Assembly (NCBI GenBank): GCA_964512185.1
Contig: CAZEJJ010000011.1
Location: forward strand, 5,131 to 69,130
Origin: an uncultured Enterobacterales bacterium
Lineage (GTDB): Bacteria > Myxococcota_A > UBA796 > JAFGLY01
DNA: 64,000 nt
Direction: 5' to 3'
A program made the position numbers and the translations under genes. Position 1 is the stretch's first letter; each line of letters begins with the position of its first letter. The notes under the pieces were generated by a model. It was not told the DNA's origin and searched no databases. It saw nothing but the letters and a program-made list of their open reading frames with translations. This document shows, in pieces, positions 1 to 16,924 of this stretch.

Positions 1-7110
<7,110 letters not shown>

Positions 7111-7127
7111 GTCCTTGGTTCTCCGTG

Positions 7128-8765
7128 TCAGGAGGCTGGGAAGAATGCCGTGAGCTGCCGCGCCACGAGGTCCATGTCCTCGACCAGGCCGTGCTGGACG
7201 CCGATCACCGCCTGCAGGCCGAGGCTGTCGGCCAGATCGGGGTCTTTCTGGCCCGCGCCCACCGCGAGCTGGAGCCCGTTCCAGGCGACCTTCCAGGCCG
7301 CGTCCCGGGCGTGCAGCCGCGCCATGGCCCGGACGAGGGGCAGATCGAGATCCAGGGCGCCGCAGAGCCCCTGGGAGGCTCGCTCGCAGAGCACCGCGGC
7401 GGTCTCCGCCAGGGTGATCAGCTCACCCAGCCGCAGCAGGACGTGCTGGCTGCGGGTCAGCCGATCCAGCCGGCAGCGCTCCAGCAGGGTGGCCAGGGCC
7501 GCCAGGCACAGGGACGCAGCCTCGGCACCGCAGCCGGGCGCCGCGTCTGAGATCTCGCTCAGCCGGGCGGCCCACTGGCGGTAGTGCTGGCCGCGGGACT
7601 TGAGGTGCAGCTGCCAGCGGTCCCTGGCGATGGTGCGCTCCAGGATCTCGGAGGTGCCCTCGTAGATGGTGGTGATGCGCACGTCCCGCTTGATCTTCTC
7701 AACCATGTACTCGCGCGTGTAGCCGTAGCCGCCCAGGGCCTGGATGGCGTCCTCGGCGGCCTTGTTCCCCGCCTCGGTGGCCAGGTACTTGGCCACGGCG
7801 CCCTCGGTGGCCAGGCCCTCTTCGCCAGCGTCCAGGCGCTCGGCGGTCCACTCGATGTAGGCCCGCGCGGCCTCCAGCCTGACGGCGTTGGGCACGATCA
7901 GCTTGTGGGTGAAGCCCTGCTTGTCGCACAGCAGGGAGCCACCCTGATGCCGCTCCTGGGAGTACCGGATGGCGCGCTCCAGGGCGGCCCAGCCGGCCCC
8001 GAGGCCGAAGGCCGCCACCATCAGGCGGGTGTAGCCGAACACCGCCGCAGCCTGGGCCAGGCCCTGCCCCTCGACCCCACCCACCAGCCGGTCGGCGGGC
8101 ACGAACACGTCCTCCAGGAACAGGGCCGCGGTGTTGCTTGCCCGCAGGCCGTGCTTCTCCTCCGGCTTGCCGCAGTCGAAGCCCTCGGTGGGGCGCTCCA
8201 CCACGAACCACGAGGGGCCACCAGGCGCGAGTGCCAGGATGGTGTACAGGGACGCCACCCCGCCGTTGCTGATCCACTGCTTGCGGCCCGTGATGCGGTA
8301 GCCAGGGCCGTGGCCGTTGTCCTCGACCGGCACCGCGCGGGTCTGCAGCAGGGAGAGGTCGCTGCCCGCCTGCGGCTCGGTGGCGCCGTAGGCCACCAGC
8401 AGGCCTTCCGCGGCGATGCGTCCCATCCAGTGCTCCTTCTGCTCCTCGGTGCCGCCCACGATGATCGGATCGGTGCCGAGGAAGGTGGCCAGCACCGCGG
8501 TGGAGATCCCCAGGTCGATCCCGGCGAGGGTCTCGGCCACGCGGTAGATATCGTAGGCCCCCGCGCCGAAGCCGCCGTGCTCCTCGGGCAGGAAGAGCAG
8601 GTGGATCCCCAGGGCCCCGGGATCGTACAGCCGGTCCAACACCTCCTGGGGGAACTCGTCCCGCTCGTCAAGGGCGAGCAGGTACTCCGGTGTCAGCTCG
8701 CGCTCGGAGTACGTCACGAGGGACGACAGGATCATGTCCAGGGTCTCTCTGTCCAAACCAGGCAT
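7128..8765 (-). CDS. Acyl-CoA dehydrogenase family protein (545 aa, long C-terminal extension)
   Basis: [41 protein letters not shown]. Its stop lies 18 nt upstream of the synthase ATG on the same strand. Confidence 0.85.
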   Translation of the reverse strand: MPGLDRETLDMILSSLVTYSERELTPEYLLALDERDEFPQEVLDRLYDPGALGIHLLFLPEEHGGFGAGAYDIYRVAETLAGIDLGISTAVLATFLGTDPIIVGGTEEQKEHWMGRIAAEGLLVAYGATEPQAGSDLSLLQTRAVPVEDNGHGPGYRITGRKQWISNGGVASLYTILALAPGGPSWFVVERPTEGFDCGKPEEKHGLRASNTAALFLEDVFVPADRLVGGVEGQGLAQAAAVFGYTRLMVAAFGLGAGWAALERAIRYSQERHQGGSLLCDKQGFTHKLIVPNAVRLEAARAYIEWTAERLDAGEEGLATEGAVAKYLATEAGNKAAEDAIQALGGYGYTREYMVEKIKRDVRITTIYEGTSEILERTIARDRWQLHLKSRGQHYRQWAARLSEISDAAPGCGAEAASLCLAALATLLERCRLDRLTRSQHVLLRLGELITLAETAAVLCERASQGLCGALDLDLPLVRAMARLHARDAAWKVAWNGLQLAVGAGQKDPDLADSLGLQAVIGVQHGLVEDMDLVARQLTAFFPAS

Positions 8766-8802
8766 CTCACGGTCCTCGGGTGGCCAGTGGCGCGGGCGCG
8801 TC

Positions 8803-8817
8803 GCAAGTTTCGTGCCA
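8803..8817 (-). promoter_or_regulatory. Sigma-54 (RpoN) -24/-12 promoter
   Basis: The minus strand reads TGGCACGAAACTTGC, which equals the consensus TGGCACG-N4-TTGC with correct GG-to-GC spacing. It sits 38-52 nt upstream of the ACAD ATG (8765). GAGGA lies 10 nt before that ATG. Confidence 0.6.
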
Positions 8818-8950
8818 GCGCCTGAGCCGTGCGGGCCGCGCGCGGGCCGACAGAGGTGTGATCGGCTGCCTGACGGACTGCCCGGCGGTTCGCGGGGAGC
8901 GTCCGCAGGTGAGCCGCGCGCGGGATGGTGCGTCGTGCCGGTGACGGGGG

Positions 8951-8968
8951 TGCGTAGCCCCCTACGCA
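8951..8968. promoter_or_regulatory. Perfect inverted repeat TGCGTAG-cccc-CTACGCA, a candidate enhancer-binding-protein site
   Basis: The repeat is seen directly in the sequence. It lies about 135-165 nt upstream of the sigma-54 promoter, and no U-tract follows it on either strand. Confidence 0.3.
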
Positions 8969-9051
8969 GCTGGCGGCGTTGTACCGGAGCTGTCTGTCGG
9001 GCCGGGGCTCTGGCCCGTGACCGTCCCGCGCTCGTCGAGGGTGGGCGTGGA

Positions 9052-9564
9052 TCACTCCGCTCGCAGGGTCTGCGCCGCCTGCACCCGGCGAGCTCCTACA
9101 GCAGCTTCTCCAGAGTGGCGGTAGCCCTGGCGGTCGTAGAAGCCCCGCGCGGGCGACCCCGCGACCACGTCGAAGAGGGCCTTGCTGCAGCCCTTGGCCT
9201 TGGCGGCGTCCTCGAACCAGCGCAGCAGCCGCGCTCCCAGCCCGCTGCCCTGCCAGTCGGGGTGGACCAGGATCATGCGCAGGTGAGCGATGGTGTGGGT
9301 GGAGGTGTGGTCAGGGTGCTTCTCCCAGGCCAGGTACCCAGCCAGCTCCGCGCTGCCCGGCATGGGCACGACCAGCATCCAGCGGTCGGGTTGGCCGAGG
9401 CGGGCGCGGATGTTCCCCTCGATGCGCCCGAAGTCGTGGTCTCGACCGCGCTCGAGCCAGGTTGGCAGGATGGCCAGGCGGTACAACCGGAGCACCGGGG
9501 CGATGTGATGCTCGGCCAGGGGGACCAGCCTGGGCTCGTGGGTGCTCTCCGCGGTGGGCGTCAT
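9052..9564 (-). CDS. GNAT family N-acetyltransferase (170 aa)
   Basis: This is the internal-ATG part of ORF 9052-10182. It begins [11 protein letters not shown] and carries the acetyl-CoA motif region [25 protein letters not shown]. The upstream part of that ORF is Gly/Arg-rich off-type sequence. Confidence 0.75.
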   Translation of the reverse strand: MTPTAESTHEPRLVPLAEHHIAPVLRLYRLAILPTWLERGRDHDFGRIEGNIRARLGQPDRWMLVVPMPGSAELAGYLAWEKHPDHTSTHTIAHLRMILVHPDWQGSGLGARLLRWFEDAAKAKGCSKALFDVVAGSPARGFYDRQGYRHSGEAAVGARRVQAAQTLRAE

Positions 9565-9702
9565 GCCAGCTCCTCGCCGGGTGGGTCGACGGGGCGTCTC
9601 GCCAGGGGACAGGACCCGGTGTCCGAGGGCCCGCGTAACCAGCCCCCACCTGACCTGTTGTAGTCTGCGTCCCGCCACCCTCACAGCCACCGAGGTGCAC
9701 CT

Positions 9703-11724
9703 GTGCGCTCCCTGCCCGCCCTGCTGATCCTGCTCGCCGCCTGCCGCCCTGGCCCGGACACCGCCGACACCGAGCCCGCCGCCGACACCGCTGGCACCGC
9801 TGACACCGCCGACACCGCCGATCCCCTCGACGGCTGGATCTCCGAGCGGGCCCTCGGCGAGGGGGTCACGGTCATCGACGGGCCGGTCGAGTGCCCCGCG
9901 GACGCCACCACCGGCGAGCCGGTGGGCTGCTGGATCATGGACCTGGCCGTGGACGTGCTGCCCGACGAGGCCGGCGACCAGGGGCTCGAGCTCCGGCTGT
10001 TCGTCCCGAACGATCCGCCCGCGGTCATGCCGGTGATGCTCAACTTCCCCGGGGTGGGCACCTGCGGCACCCGGGATCCCATCGACGAGATCGAGCACGA
10101 CGGGGACGACATGGCGGCCGGCAAGCGCACCCTGCTGGCGGCCGAGGGCGTGCTCCAGGTGGACGTCTCCCCCCGCGGCCACCGGGGCTGCTACGAAGAG
10201 GGCGACGCCTTCTACCAGACGGGCGACTGGAACGGCGAGGCCGAGTTCGGAGACTACGACGAGCTGCTCTCACGCCTGCTGGCGGCCAACCTCCACGCCG
10301 ACCTACCCGCGGTCGGGCCCGATGTGGTGGGGCTCAGCGGCGGCTCCACCGGAGGGGTGACCACCCTGCTCTTCGCCAACAACTCCACCTACCCGCTGCC
10401 CTTCGCCCTGGCCATGCCCAGCGTGGGCGCCCCCAGCCTGCAGGGCTGGCTCGGGCACACCGTGGACCCCCGCGACGACATCGAGGCGCTCACCCTGGCA
10501 GGCCTGTTCCCCACCGCGGGGGTCCAGGCCCAGCTCAAGTCCTACGAGGGCACCGCCATCGACGATCTGGCCAGCGATCTGCTGGCGGGGGACTTCAGCG
10601 ATCTGGCCGCCTACCTGGCGGTGCACACCGCCTACGACGCCGACGGCTCCCTGGGCAGCTTCGACGCCCACGTCCGCCAGCTCACCATGCACACCGGCGG
10701 CCGAGACTGCATCGTCTCCACCCGGGTGCAGTGGCGCTTCTGGGAGCAGCTCCAGGCCGAGCACAGCCGGGCCGATGACCGGCTGATCTTCTCGATCTAC
10801 CCCCACTCCTGCAAGGACGTCACCGACCGCTTCCCCACCCCGGCCGAAGAGTCCGTGGCGGGCGGCTACTTCCCTACCTGGACCCAGGAGCTGTACGACG
10901 ACGTGCAGGACGAGCTGGCCTGGAGCTTCGTCAACACCGTCCGCGAGGCGCTGCTGGACAGCCCGCCCGAGGTGCCCCTGCCCGGCCCGGTGATGGCCTC
11001 GCCCCTGGTGCAGGGGGAGCTGCACGAGCACAGCTCCCCCTGGCGCGAGCTGTCCAGCCTGGGCGAGCCGGTGGACGGCGCGTGGACGCTGCACCTGCAG
11101 CCCGACGGCGGCCTGGCCCCCGAGCCCGCCGAGCCCTGGCAGGCCGTGGTGATCGAGCACGATCCCACCGGGGTCTGCGACGGAGTGGACGACCTGCTGC
11201 AGCCCTGCGGGCAGAGCTGGACCTCCGGCGAGTTCGCCACCCTGCGCGACGAGCTCGAGACCATCCGTAGCCTCGCCGAGTACCGCCTCACCATCGAGGA
11301 GACCACCACCATCGTGGGTGTCCCCACCCTGGATCTAGGCCTGGACATCGACACGCCCGACGCCCACGCCTTCGCCGGCGCTGGCCTGGTGGCCATGCTG
11401 CGCTACACGCCGCCCGACGCCGAGGCGGGCTACCACGGCTGGCACGCCACCCAGGGTGCCCAGTTCCTGTCCAGGACCGGCCAGGTGGATCTCGAGCTCG
11501 AGCTCGACCCCAGGATCATGACCCTCGAGGCCGGCGGCGAGCTGGTCCTGCAGCTCAGCAACCTGTCCACCTACGTGCACCACCAGCCCTGGCTCCACCC
11601 GGTCACCGGATCCTACAGCGTGGAGCTGCTGGTGGACGAGCACACCCCCGCCACCCTCACCCTGCCCACCAGCAGTGGCTTCGAGGCCCTGCCCCTGGCC
11701 GACACCACCAGCCTGGAGGGCTGA
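9703..11724 (+). CDS. Secreted lipoprotein, alpha/beta-hydrolase-like (CocE/NonD-type guess)
   Basis: GTG start with GAGG upstream. Lipobox LILLAAC. Thr/Asp/Ala linker. GLSGGSTGG nucleophile-elbow-like motif. The function call is weak. Confidence 0.5.
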   Translation: MRSLPALLILLAACRPGPDTADTEPAADTAGTADTADTADPLDGWISERALGEGVTVIDGPVECPADATTGEPVGCWIMDLAVDVLPDEAGDQGLELRLFVPNDPPAVMPVMLNFPGVGTCGTRDPIDEIEHDGDDMAAGKRTLLAAEGVLQVDVSPRGHRGCYEEGDAFYQTGDWNGEAEFGDYDELLSRLLAANLHADLPAVGPDVVGLSGGSTGGVTTLLFANNSTYPLPFALAMPSVGAPSLQGWLGHTVDPRDDIEALTLAGLFPTAGVQAQLKSYEGTAIDDLASDLLAGDFSDLAAYLAVHTAYDADGSLGSFDAHVRQLTMHTGGRDCIVSTRVQWRFWEQLQAEHSRADDRLIFSIYPHSCKDVTDRFPTPAEESVAGGYFPTWTQELYDDVQDELAWSFVNTVREALLDSPPEVPLPGPVMASPLVQGELHEHSSPWRELSSLGEPVDGAWTLHLQPDGGLAPEPAEPWQAVVIEHDPTGVCDGVDDLLQPCGQSWTSGEFATLRDELETIRSLAEYRLTIEETTTIVGVPTLDLGLDIDTPDAHAFAGAGLVAMLRYTPPDAEAGYHGWHATQGAQFLSRTGQVDLELELDPRIMTLEAGGELVLQLSNLSTYVHHQPWLHPVTGSYSVELLVDEHTPATLTLPTSSGFEALPLADTTSLEG

Positions 11725-11729
11725 ACACC

Positions 11730-12842
11730 ATGCGCCACCTGGCCATCGCCGCCCTGTCCTTCGCCCTGCTGCTGGCCGGGTGCTTCTCGAAAGGCGAGAC
11801 GGGCGCGCCGCCCACCTGCGACGGCTGCCCCGGCTGCCCCGGCTGTCCGACGGACAGCGACGCCGACACCGACAGCGACGCAGACGCGGACTCCGACACC
11901 GACGCCGACGCAGACGCTGACGCGGACGCGGACACAGACGCCGACGCAGACGCCGACACGTCCTGCGACGGCGATGAGGACCACGTCTGCGACCACGCCA
12001 GCACCATCGACGAGGGCCAGGCCGGCGCCGACCCCGCCGTCCCCCTGGCCCGCTTGATCGTGCTGGGCGACTCCATCAGCCGCGGCAACGTGGCCGCCGA
12101 GGGGGCCGGCTACTTCGATCACCTGCACGCCCAGCTCGAGGCCCGCTACGGCGAGGGCTCGGTGGCGCTGATCGAGAACGCCATCGGCCAGTCCACCACG
12201 GCCACCCTCATCGGCCGGCAGCTCGACGGCGACGACGAGGTGGGCACGCCGCTGGCGTCGCTGATCGAGGACGGCTTCCCCGCCGCAGGGCACTCCATCG
12301 TGGTGATGAGCATCGGCGGCGACGACATCAACCACGCCCTCGACGACGGCGCGGACAACGAGGCGTTGGTGGGCGAGCTGGTCGATTCCGCCCAGACGAA
12401 CCTGGGCGAGATCGTCGCCTGGCTGCGGGGCACCGATCCCAGCTCCGGCCAGCCGCGCTTCCCCGACGGTGTGTCCATCTACATCATGAACATCTACGAC
12501 CCCTCCGACGGCGAGTACCAGGCCTCCACCAGCGGCTGCGAGTACCCCTACACCCCCGCCCTCGAGGGCATCTTCCCGGTCTGGCGCGAGGCCTGGTCCA
12601 GCACCGCCGCCGGGCTGGCCGCCCAGGGCTCGGGCTTCACCGCAGTCGACGCCTACGGCCACTTCCTGGGCCACGGCCACCACCACGACGACCCCGACAA
12701 TCCCCACTACCGCTCGGCCGACTCCAGCGGCTGGTTCCCCACCAACTGCACCCACCCCGCCGACAGCGGCCACGGCGAGCTGGCGCGCCTGTTCTGGGAG
12801 GCCATGGACCACGGCCACGACGACTACCAGGCGGCCCCATGA
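11730..12842 (+). CDS. SGNH/GDSL hydrolase lipoprotein
   Basis: Lipobox LLLAGC. Asp-rich linker DSDADTDSDADADSDTDADADADADADTDADADADTS. Block I IVLGDSISRGN, block III SIGGDDINHA, block V THPADSGH. Confidence 0.8.
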   Translation: MRHLAIAALSFALLLAGCFSKGETGAPPTCDGCPGCPGCPTDSDADTDSDADADSDTDADADADADADTDADADADTSCDGDEDHVCDHASTIDEGQAGADPAVPLARLIVLGDSISRGNVAAEGAGYFDHLHAQLEARYGEGSVALIENAIGQSTTATLIGRQLDGDDEVGTPLASLIEDGFPAAGHSIVVMSIGGDDINHALDDGADNEALVGELVDSAQTNLGEIVAWLRGTDPSSGQPRFPDGVSIYIMNIYDPSDGEYQASTSGCEYPYTPALEGIFPVWREAWSSTAAGLAAQGSGFTAVDAYGHFLGHGHHHDDPDNPHYRSADSSGWFPTNCTHPADSGHGELARLFWEAMDHGHDDYQAAP

Positions 12843-13459
12843 GCCCAGGAGCTGGCCTGTTCGCTCTCATCTTCCCCCTGATCTTCGGCTGCACCCCTCG
12901 ACCCGACTCGGGCGACACCACGCCGCCCCTGGACACCCAGGACACCGGCGAGCTCGAGATCATCAAGCCCGACGGCACCTACAACACGCCCGACGGCAGC
13001 GCGACCCTCACCGTCAGCGGCGGCCTGCCCACCCTCACCCTGCGTGGCGACGCCCAGAGCTTCGGCTACGGCCAGGGCTACCTGCTGGGCGGTGAGATCA
13101 TGGGCGTGCTCAACGGCTACCTGATGTACACCTTCCGCGAGGAGTCCACCCTGGACTACGAGACCGCCTGGTCCTACATGGAGCACGCGGGCTGGAGCGG
13201 CGACGACCTGGTGGAGCTGGACGCGGTGGTGGAGGGCATGAAGGACGCGCTGCCCGCCGACGCGCTGCTGGTCCGACCGGATGACCTGGGGCCACGGGAG
13301 GTCACCGTCCAGGACGTGATGCTCTTCAACACCCTGTCGGAGTGGCTCAACCTGTACCAGTGCTCATCGTTCAGCGCCTGGGGTGAGCACCCGATGCCCT
13401 GCCGGATCCCTGCGGGCCTGGGCAATGGCCTGGTGTATCTCGGCCCGTCGAGCGCTTGA
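12839..13459 (+). CDS. Lipoprotein resembling the N-terminal part of an Ntn (C45/choloylglycine-type) hydrolase, apparently 3'-truncated
   Basis: Lipobox LIFGC. SFGYGQGYLLGGEI and a candidate nucleophile context LYQCSSFSAWGE. After about 13385 the ORF tail (PMPCRIPAGLGNGLVYLGPSSA) is the antisense of another gene fragment. Confidence 0.4.
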   Translation: MSPGAGLFALIFPLIFGCTPRPDSGDTTPPLDTQDTGELEIIKPDGTYNTPDGSATLTVSGGLPTLTLRGDAQSFGYGQGYLLGGEIMGVLNGYLMYTFREESTLDYETAWSYMEHAGWSGDDLVELDAVVEGMKDALPADALLVRPDDLGPREVTVQDVMLFNTLSEWLNLYQCSSFSAWGEHPMPCRIPAGLGNGLVYLGPSSA

Positions 13460-13516
13460 ACTCCAGGGTCTGGGACTCGCCCTGGGTGATAATGCGCTCG
13501 ATGTCGGGCTGGTTCA
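13445..13516 (-). pseudogene. N-terminal fragment of an AlbA_2/Schlafen-type putative DNA-binding protein
   Basis: The minus strand reads GGGAGAGCGAGAGG-ATG then MNQPDIERIITQGESQTLEFKRS. The ESxTLEFK signature is there, but recognisable sequence is lost after about 24 codons. Confidence 0.4.
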
Positions 13517-13721
13517 TCCTCTCGCTCTCCCTTGATGACCCGTTCTATCGTGGCGCCGCGCCGCGCCATGCCAGGATCTGACCGCTTCCCTCTGCGCGGC
13601 ATGTACTTCCCACCACCTGGAGCTCTCTTGGGGCGCCACGCCCTACGCGGCCCTCGAGCTCGACGGCCACTGAGGGCGGGCTCCCTGTACACGCGGGACG
13701 TCTCTTGTACTGTTCGCCGGT

Positions 13722-13841
13722 TGTCAGTCCTTCATATCCCCGCTGAGCTACGGAGACCCGCACGGCTGCATCATCGAGGCCGCGGGTACGCTCGACTGCT
13801 GGGGAGAAGACCGCTTCGGCCAGGTCTCGGACATCCCCTGA
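13722..13841 (+). pseudogene. RCC1-like repeat fragment
   Basis: CQSFISPLSYGDPHGCIIEAAGTLDCWGEDRFGQVSDIP followed by a stop. It has the GTLxCWGxxxxGQ repeat signature, no start codon and no partner repeats. Confidence 0.3.
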
Positions 13842-13901
13842 CGGCCGTCGAGGGGAGCCACCGCCCCGAGGGTGCTCGGGGAGACCTCGTAGCCGGCGTC
13901 G

Positions 13902-14066
13902 ATGGCCGAGGACGCGGTCCCCGCCCCTCCCACCCGCAGCTTCGTGCTGCTCGCCGGCACCCTGGACCTGCGGCGGGTGCTGGAGGAGTTCGCCCACTTC
14001 TGGCGCGAGCGCGGCGAGCCCATCGACTTCGTGGAGGCGCGGCTGCACATCGAGGTGGCCGACTGA
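13902..14066 (+). pseudogene. 54-codon fragment of the ATPase/PD-(D/E)XK family
   Basis: MAEDAVPAPPTRSFVLLAGTLDLRRVLEEFAHFWRERG aligns to MAEDALPTPPTRSFVLPDGTLDMARVLEEFAAFWREHG in the middle of the 16925-18505 paralog. An in-frame TAG precedes it and it diverges afterwards. Confidence 0.6.
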
Positions 14067-14149
14067 TCCGCGGCTCCACCACAGGCTGGGAGGGCGACCG
14101 GCAGGACGGGCTATGATGGAGCCCGCAGCCCGCCCCTTGGAGCCCGCCC

Positions 14150-15715
14150 ATGCGCTACTTCAACACAACCGGCCCCTGCGAGGCCGAGCGGCACTACATG
14201 CTGCCGCCACAGCAGCGCATGCCGGCCCTGCTGCCCTTCGTCGAGCAGCAGCTCTACTACGTGGTGCACGCCGCCCGGCAGACCGGCAAGAGCACCGCCA
14301 TGATCGCCTTCGCCCGCCGCCTGCGCGAGCAGGGCCACGCTGCGGTCTACGCCAGCCTCGAGGAGAGCCAGGGGCTAGACGAGATCGAGCCGGCCGAGGC
14401 CGTGTGGCTCAGCTCCCTGGCCCGCAGGGCCATGCAGCAGCTCCCGGATGTCGAGGTGCCACCGCCGGCGTCGGTCCAAGATGATGCCACCGGCGCTCGC
14501 CTCGGCCACTGGCTCACCCTGCTGGCCCAGGCCGCCGCCCCCCGCCCCGTGGTGGTCATCCTCGACGAGGCCGACGTGGTCCGGGGCCTGCCCGTGGTCA
14601 ACCTGCTGCGCCAGCTCCGGAACGGCTTCATCGGCAGGGGCGTGGGCACCTTCCCCGTCTCCGTCGCCCTGGTGGGCATGCGCGATCTGCGCGACTACCT
14701 CGCCCACGCAAGAGACGGCGCCCCCGTCAACCCCGGCAGCCCCTTCAACATCAAGTCCGCCTCCATCACCCTGCGCGGCTTCACCCAGGACGAGGTGGGC
14801 GAGCTGTACGCCCAGCACAGCGCAGCCACCGGCCAGCCCTTCACGCCCGACGCCGTGGCCCGCGCCTTCTGGTGGACCCAGGGCCAGCCCTACATGGTCA
14901 ACGCCCTGGCCCGCATCGCCGTCATGGAGCTGGTCACGGATACCACCCAGCCCGTCACCGCCGCTCACATCGACCAGAGCAAGGAGCGCCTGATCCAGGC
15001 CCGCACCACCCACCTCGACAGCCTGGCTGAGCGGCTGGCCGAGCCCAGGGTGGCCCGGGTGGTCCAGCCCGTCATCCTGGGCGACAACCCCCTGGCCATC
15101 CCCTACGACCACGACGACTTCCAGTACGCCATCGACCTGGGCCTCATCGTGCGCGGTCCCCAGGGCGCCCAGCCCGCCAACCCTATCTACCGCGAGGTCC
15201 TGGCCCGGCAGGTGGGCCTGCGAATCCAGGAGTCCCTCAACCAGCCCTGGTGGCCCTGGCGCACCCCCGACGGGCGCCTGGACTTTCCCGCCCTGATCGA
15301 CGCCTTCCTCGACTGGTGGCGCGACAACGAGGGCGCGGTCAAGGCCCACGGCAACAAGAACTACCCCGAGGCCCTGCCCCACCTGGCCCTGATGGCCTTC
15401 CTGCAGCGGGTGGTCAACAGCGGCGGCCACGTCACGCGCGAGTACGCCGCCGGCCGGGGCGCCGTGGACCTGGTGGTCCACTACGGGTCCGACCGCTTCG
15501 TGCTCGAGATCAAGCGCGTCTTCACCGGCGGTCACACCCCCGAGCGCGTGCGGGAAGAAGGCGTGGCCCAGCTCGGGCGCTACCTGGACGAGCTGGGCGA
15601 GCGTGAAGGCTGGCTGGTGATCTTCGACCAGCGAGACGGCCAGGCCTGGGGCGACCGGCTGTGGCGAGAAGAGCGCCAGGTCGACGGCAGGACCATCAGG
15701 CTGCTGGGGGGGTGA
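14150..15715 (+). CDS. P-loop ATPase fused to a C-terminal PD-(D/E)XK nuclease-like domain (copy 1, motifs intact)
   Basis: N-terminus MRYFNTTGPCEAERHYMLPP. Walker A ARQTGKST, Walker B VVVILDEAD. C-terminus GRGAVDLVV (Asp codon 15467-15469) ... FVLEIKRV (Glu 15506-15508, Lys 15512-15514). Confidence 0.8.
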   Translation: MRYFNTTGPCEAERHYMLPPQQRMPALLPFVEQQLYYVVHAARQTGKSTAMIAFARRLREQGHAAVYASLEESQGLDEIEPAEAVWLSSLARRAMQQLPDVEVPPPASVQDDATGARLGHWLTLLAQAAAPRPVVVILDEADVVRGLPVVNLLRQLRNGFIGRGVGTFPVSVALVGMRDLRDYLAHARDGAPVNPGSPFNIKSASITLRGFTQDEVGELYAQHSAATGQPFTPDAVARAFWWTQGQPYMVNALARIAVMELVTDTTQPVTAAHIDQSKERLIQARTTHLDSLAERLAEPRVARVVQPVILGDNPLAIPYDHDDFQYAIDLGLIVRGPQGAQPANPIYREVLARQVGLRIQESLNQPWWPWRTPDGRLDFPALIDAFLDWWRDNEGAVKAHGNKNYPEALPHLALMAFLQRVVNSGGHVTREYAAGRGAVDLVVHYGSDRFVLEIKRVFTGGHTPERVREEGVAQLGRYLDELGEREGWLVIFDQRDGQAWGDRLWREERQVDGRTIRLLGG

Positions 15716-15750
15716 CGCAGCTGGGCGGCCAGCGGCAGCGTCGGCCGCCG

Positions 15751-16185
15751 CTACTCCCGCAGCAGGGCCTTGACCATGGCTTGGGCGGACACGCAATCGG
15801 CGGCGCTGACCTTGACGTTTCCGTCGGGCACGGTGAGGAGGGCGGCTCCCTGCTCGAGGCGGCGGGACTCCTCGGCGCTCGGATCGCTGGCCGGCAGCTG
15901 CACCACGGAGGTGGCGGCTTTTTAGTGGTTGCTGTGCTGCAAGCTGCAGTGGGTGGCGTAGAAGGGGTGGCTGCCGCGCTCCTGCTCCACCTCGCAATGA
16001 GCGGGTCCCGTGGTCCAGCCCGCGGGCGCGACGGCGTCGTCGGTGCCCAGGATCTCCACCAGGTTGGAGTGGCCGCTGAGCGTGTCGGTGGCGTAGACCC
16101 CCCAGGCCGTGCCCTCGGTGGAGATGGAGACGAGGTTGCGCGAGACCTCGCCGCCGGTGGTGACGGCATGGGGAGCACGAGCTCG
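15751..16185 (-). pseudogene. Decayed ORF downstream of the HTH gene, with an in-frame TAA and no start codon
   Basis: A GC3-rich frame reads ...TTGGEVSRNLVSISTEGTAWGVYATDTLSGHSNLVEILGTDDAVAPAGWTTGPAHCEVEQERGSHPFYATHCSLQHSNH-TAA(15922-15924)-KAATSVVQLPASDPSAEESRRLEQGAALLTVPDGNVKVSAADCVSAQAMVKALLRE. I did not recognise a family. Confidence 0.35.
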
Positions 16186-16187
16186 GA

Positions 16188-16667
16188 TCAGTAGTCCAGG
16201 CCCATTTCCTGGACCTCTCTGGTCAGCTCATCCAGGATGGCCTTGCGCCTGGCCTGGTCCCTCCTGCGATACTCCAGCACGTCGGACAGGGACACGCGGC
16301 GGTGCGTGCCCACCTTGCGGAAGGGGATCTCGCCGCGGTCCAGCAGCTTGATGAGGTGCGGGCGCGACACGTTGATGAGGTCAGCGGCCTGCTGGGTGGT
16401 GATCTCGGCCCTGACCGGCACCACCGCCACCGCGTCCCCGTTCGCCATCAGCGTCAGTATTCGCGCCAGCAGGTCGACGACGGGCGCAGGGATGGAGACC
16501 ATCCGCTCGCTCCCCTCTGGGTGCAGCCGGACCACGCTGCCCCGCTCGAGGTCGCGGAGCAGACGCAGGGCGTCCTCTGCCTCCATGGCGAGGGCGTCAT
16601 CGGACAGGTCCAGGGCCGTGCTGGGCATGGGTATCTCCAAGGGCATGGCAGCCGCCATTCGCAACAA
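16188..16667 (-). CDS. Excisionase-family helix-turn-helix DNA-binding protein (antitoxin-like)
   Basis: ITTQQAADLINVSRPHLIKLLDRGEIPFRKVGTHRRVSLSDVLEYRRRDQARRKAILDELT. The true start may be one of the internal ATGs (16658 or later). Confidence 0.75.
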   Translation of the reverse strand: MLRMAAAMPLEIPMPSTALDLSDDALAMEAEDALRLLRDLERGSVVRLHPEGSERMVSIPAPVVDLLARILTLMANGDAVAVVPVRAEITTQQAADLINVSRPHLIKLLDRGEIPFRKVGTHRRVSLSDVLEYRRRDQARRKAILDELTREVQEMGLDY

Positions 16668-16758
16668 CGCAATGTATACGGATCATTCGTAACGGCGAAG
16701 GTCCATGGGCCGAGTAGCCCACCTCACCCGCACATGGACCGATGGACGACCGCAGTCC

Positions 16759-16880
16759 TTCGGCGCCGGGATGCACGCCGGGGTCGGCGTCGTCGCAGTC
16801 CCCGTCGGCCTCGCTGTAGCCGTCGCCGTCGGCGTCGATGGTGTCGGTGTCGGGCGCCGACCCGGGGGCGCTCGCGAAGC
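16759..16880 (-). pseudogene. Fragment of a MopE-type metal-binding-repeat protein
   Basis: DTDTIDADGDGYSEADGDCDDADPGVHPGAE matches the repeats of the 61699-62595 protein (DGDGY...GDCDD.D..V.PGA.E). There is a single repeat and it is truncated on both sides. Confidence 0.4.
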
Positions 16881-16924
16881 CGCGTGGGCTGTGATGCCTT
16901 GTCGATCCCCACCGGAGCCTGGTC

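Noticed and set aside
8951-8968. Hairpin as an intrinsic terminator of the GNAT gene
   Set aside because: No U-tract follows on the minus-strand transcript (the hairpin is followed by CCCCCGUCAC). Its position relative to the sigma-54 promoter fits an activator site better, though this is unproven.
9565-10182. N-terminal 205 residues of ORF 9052-10182 as part of the GNAT protein
   Set aside because: This part is Gly/Arg/Val/Asp-rich, overlaps the plus-strand lipoprotein gene start, and has no acetyltransferase similarity. The internal ATG at 9564 gives a normal-length GNAT.
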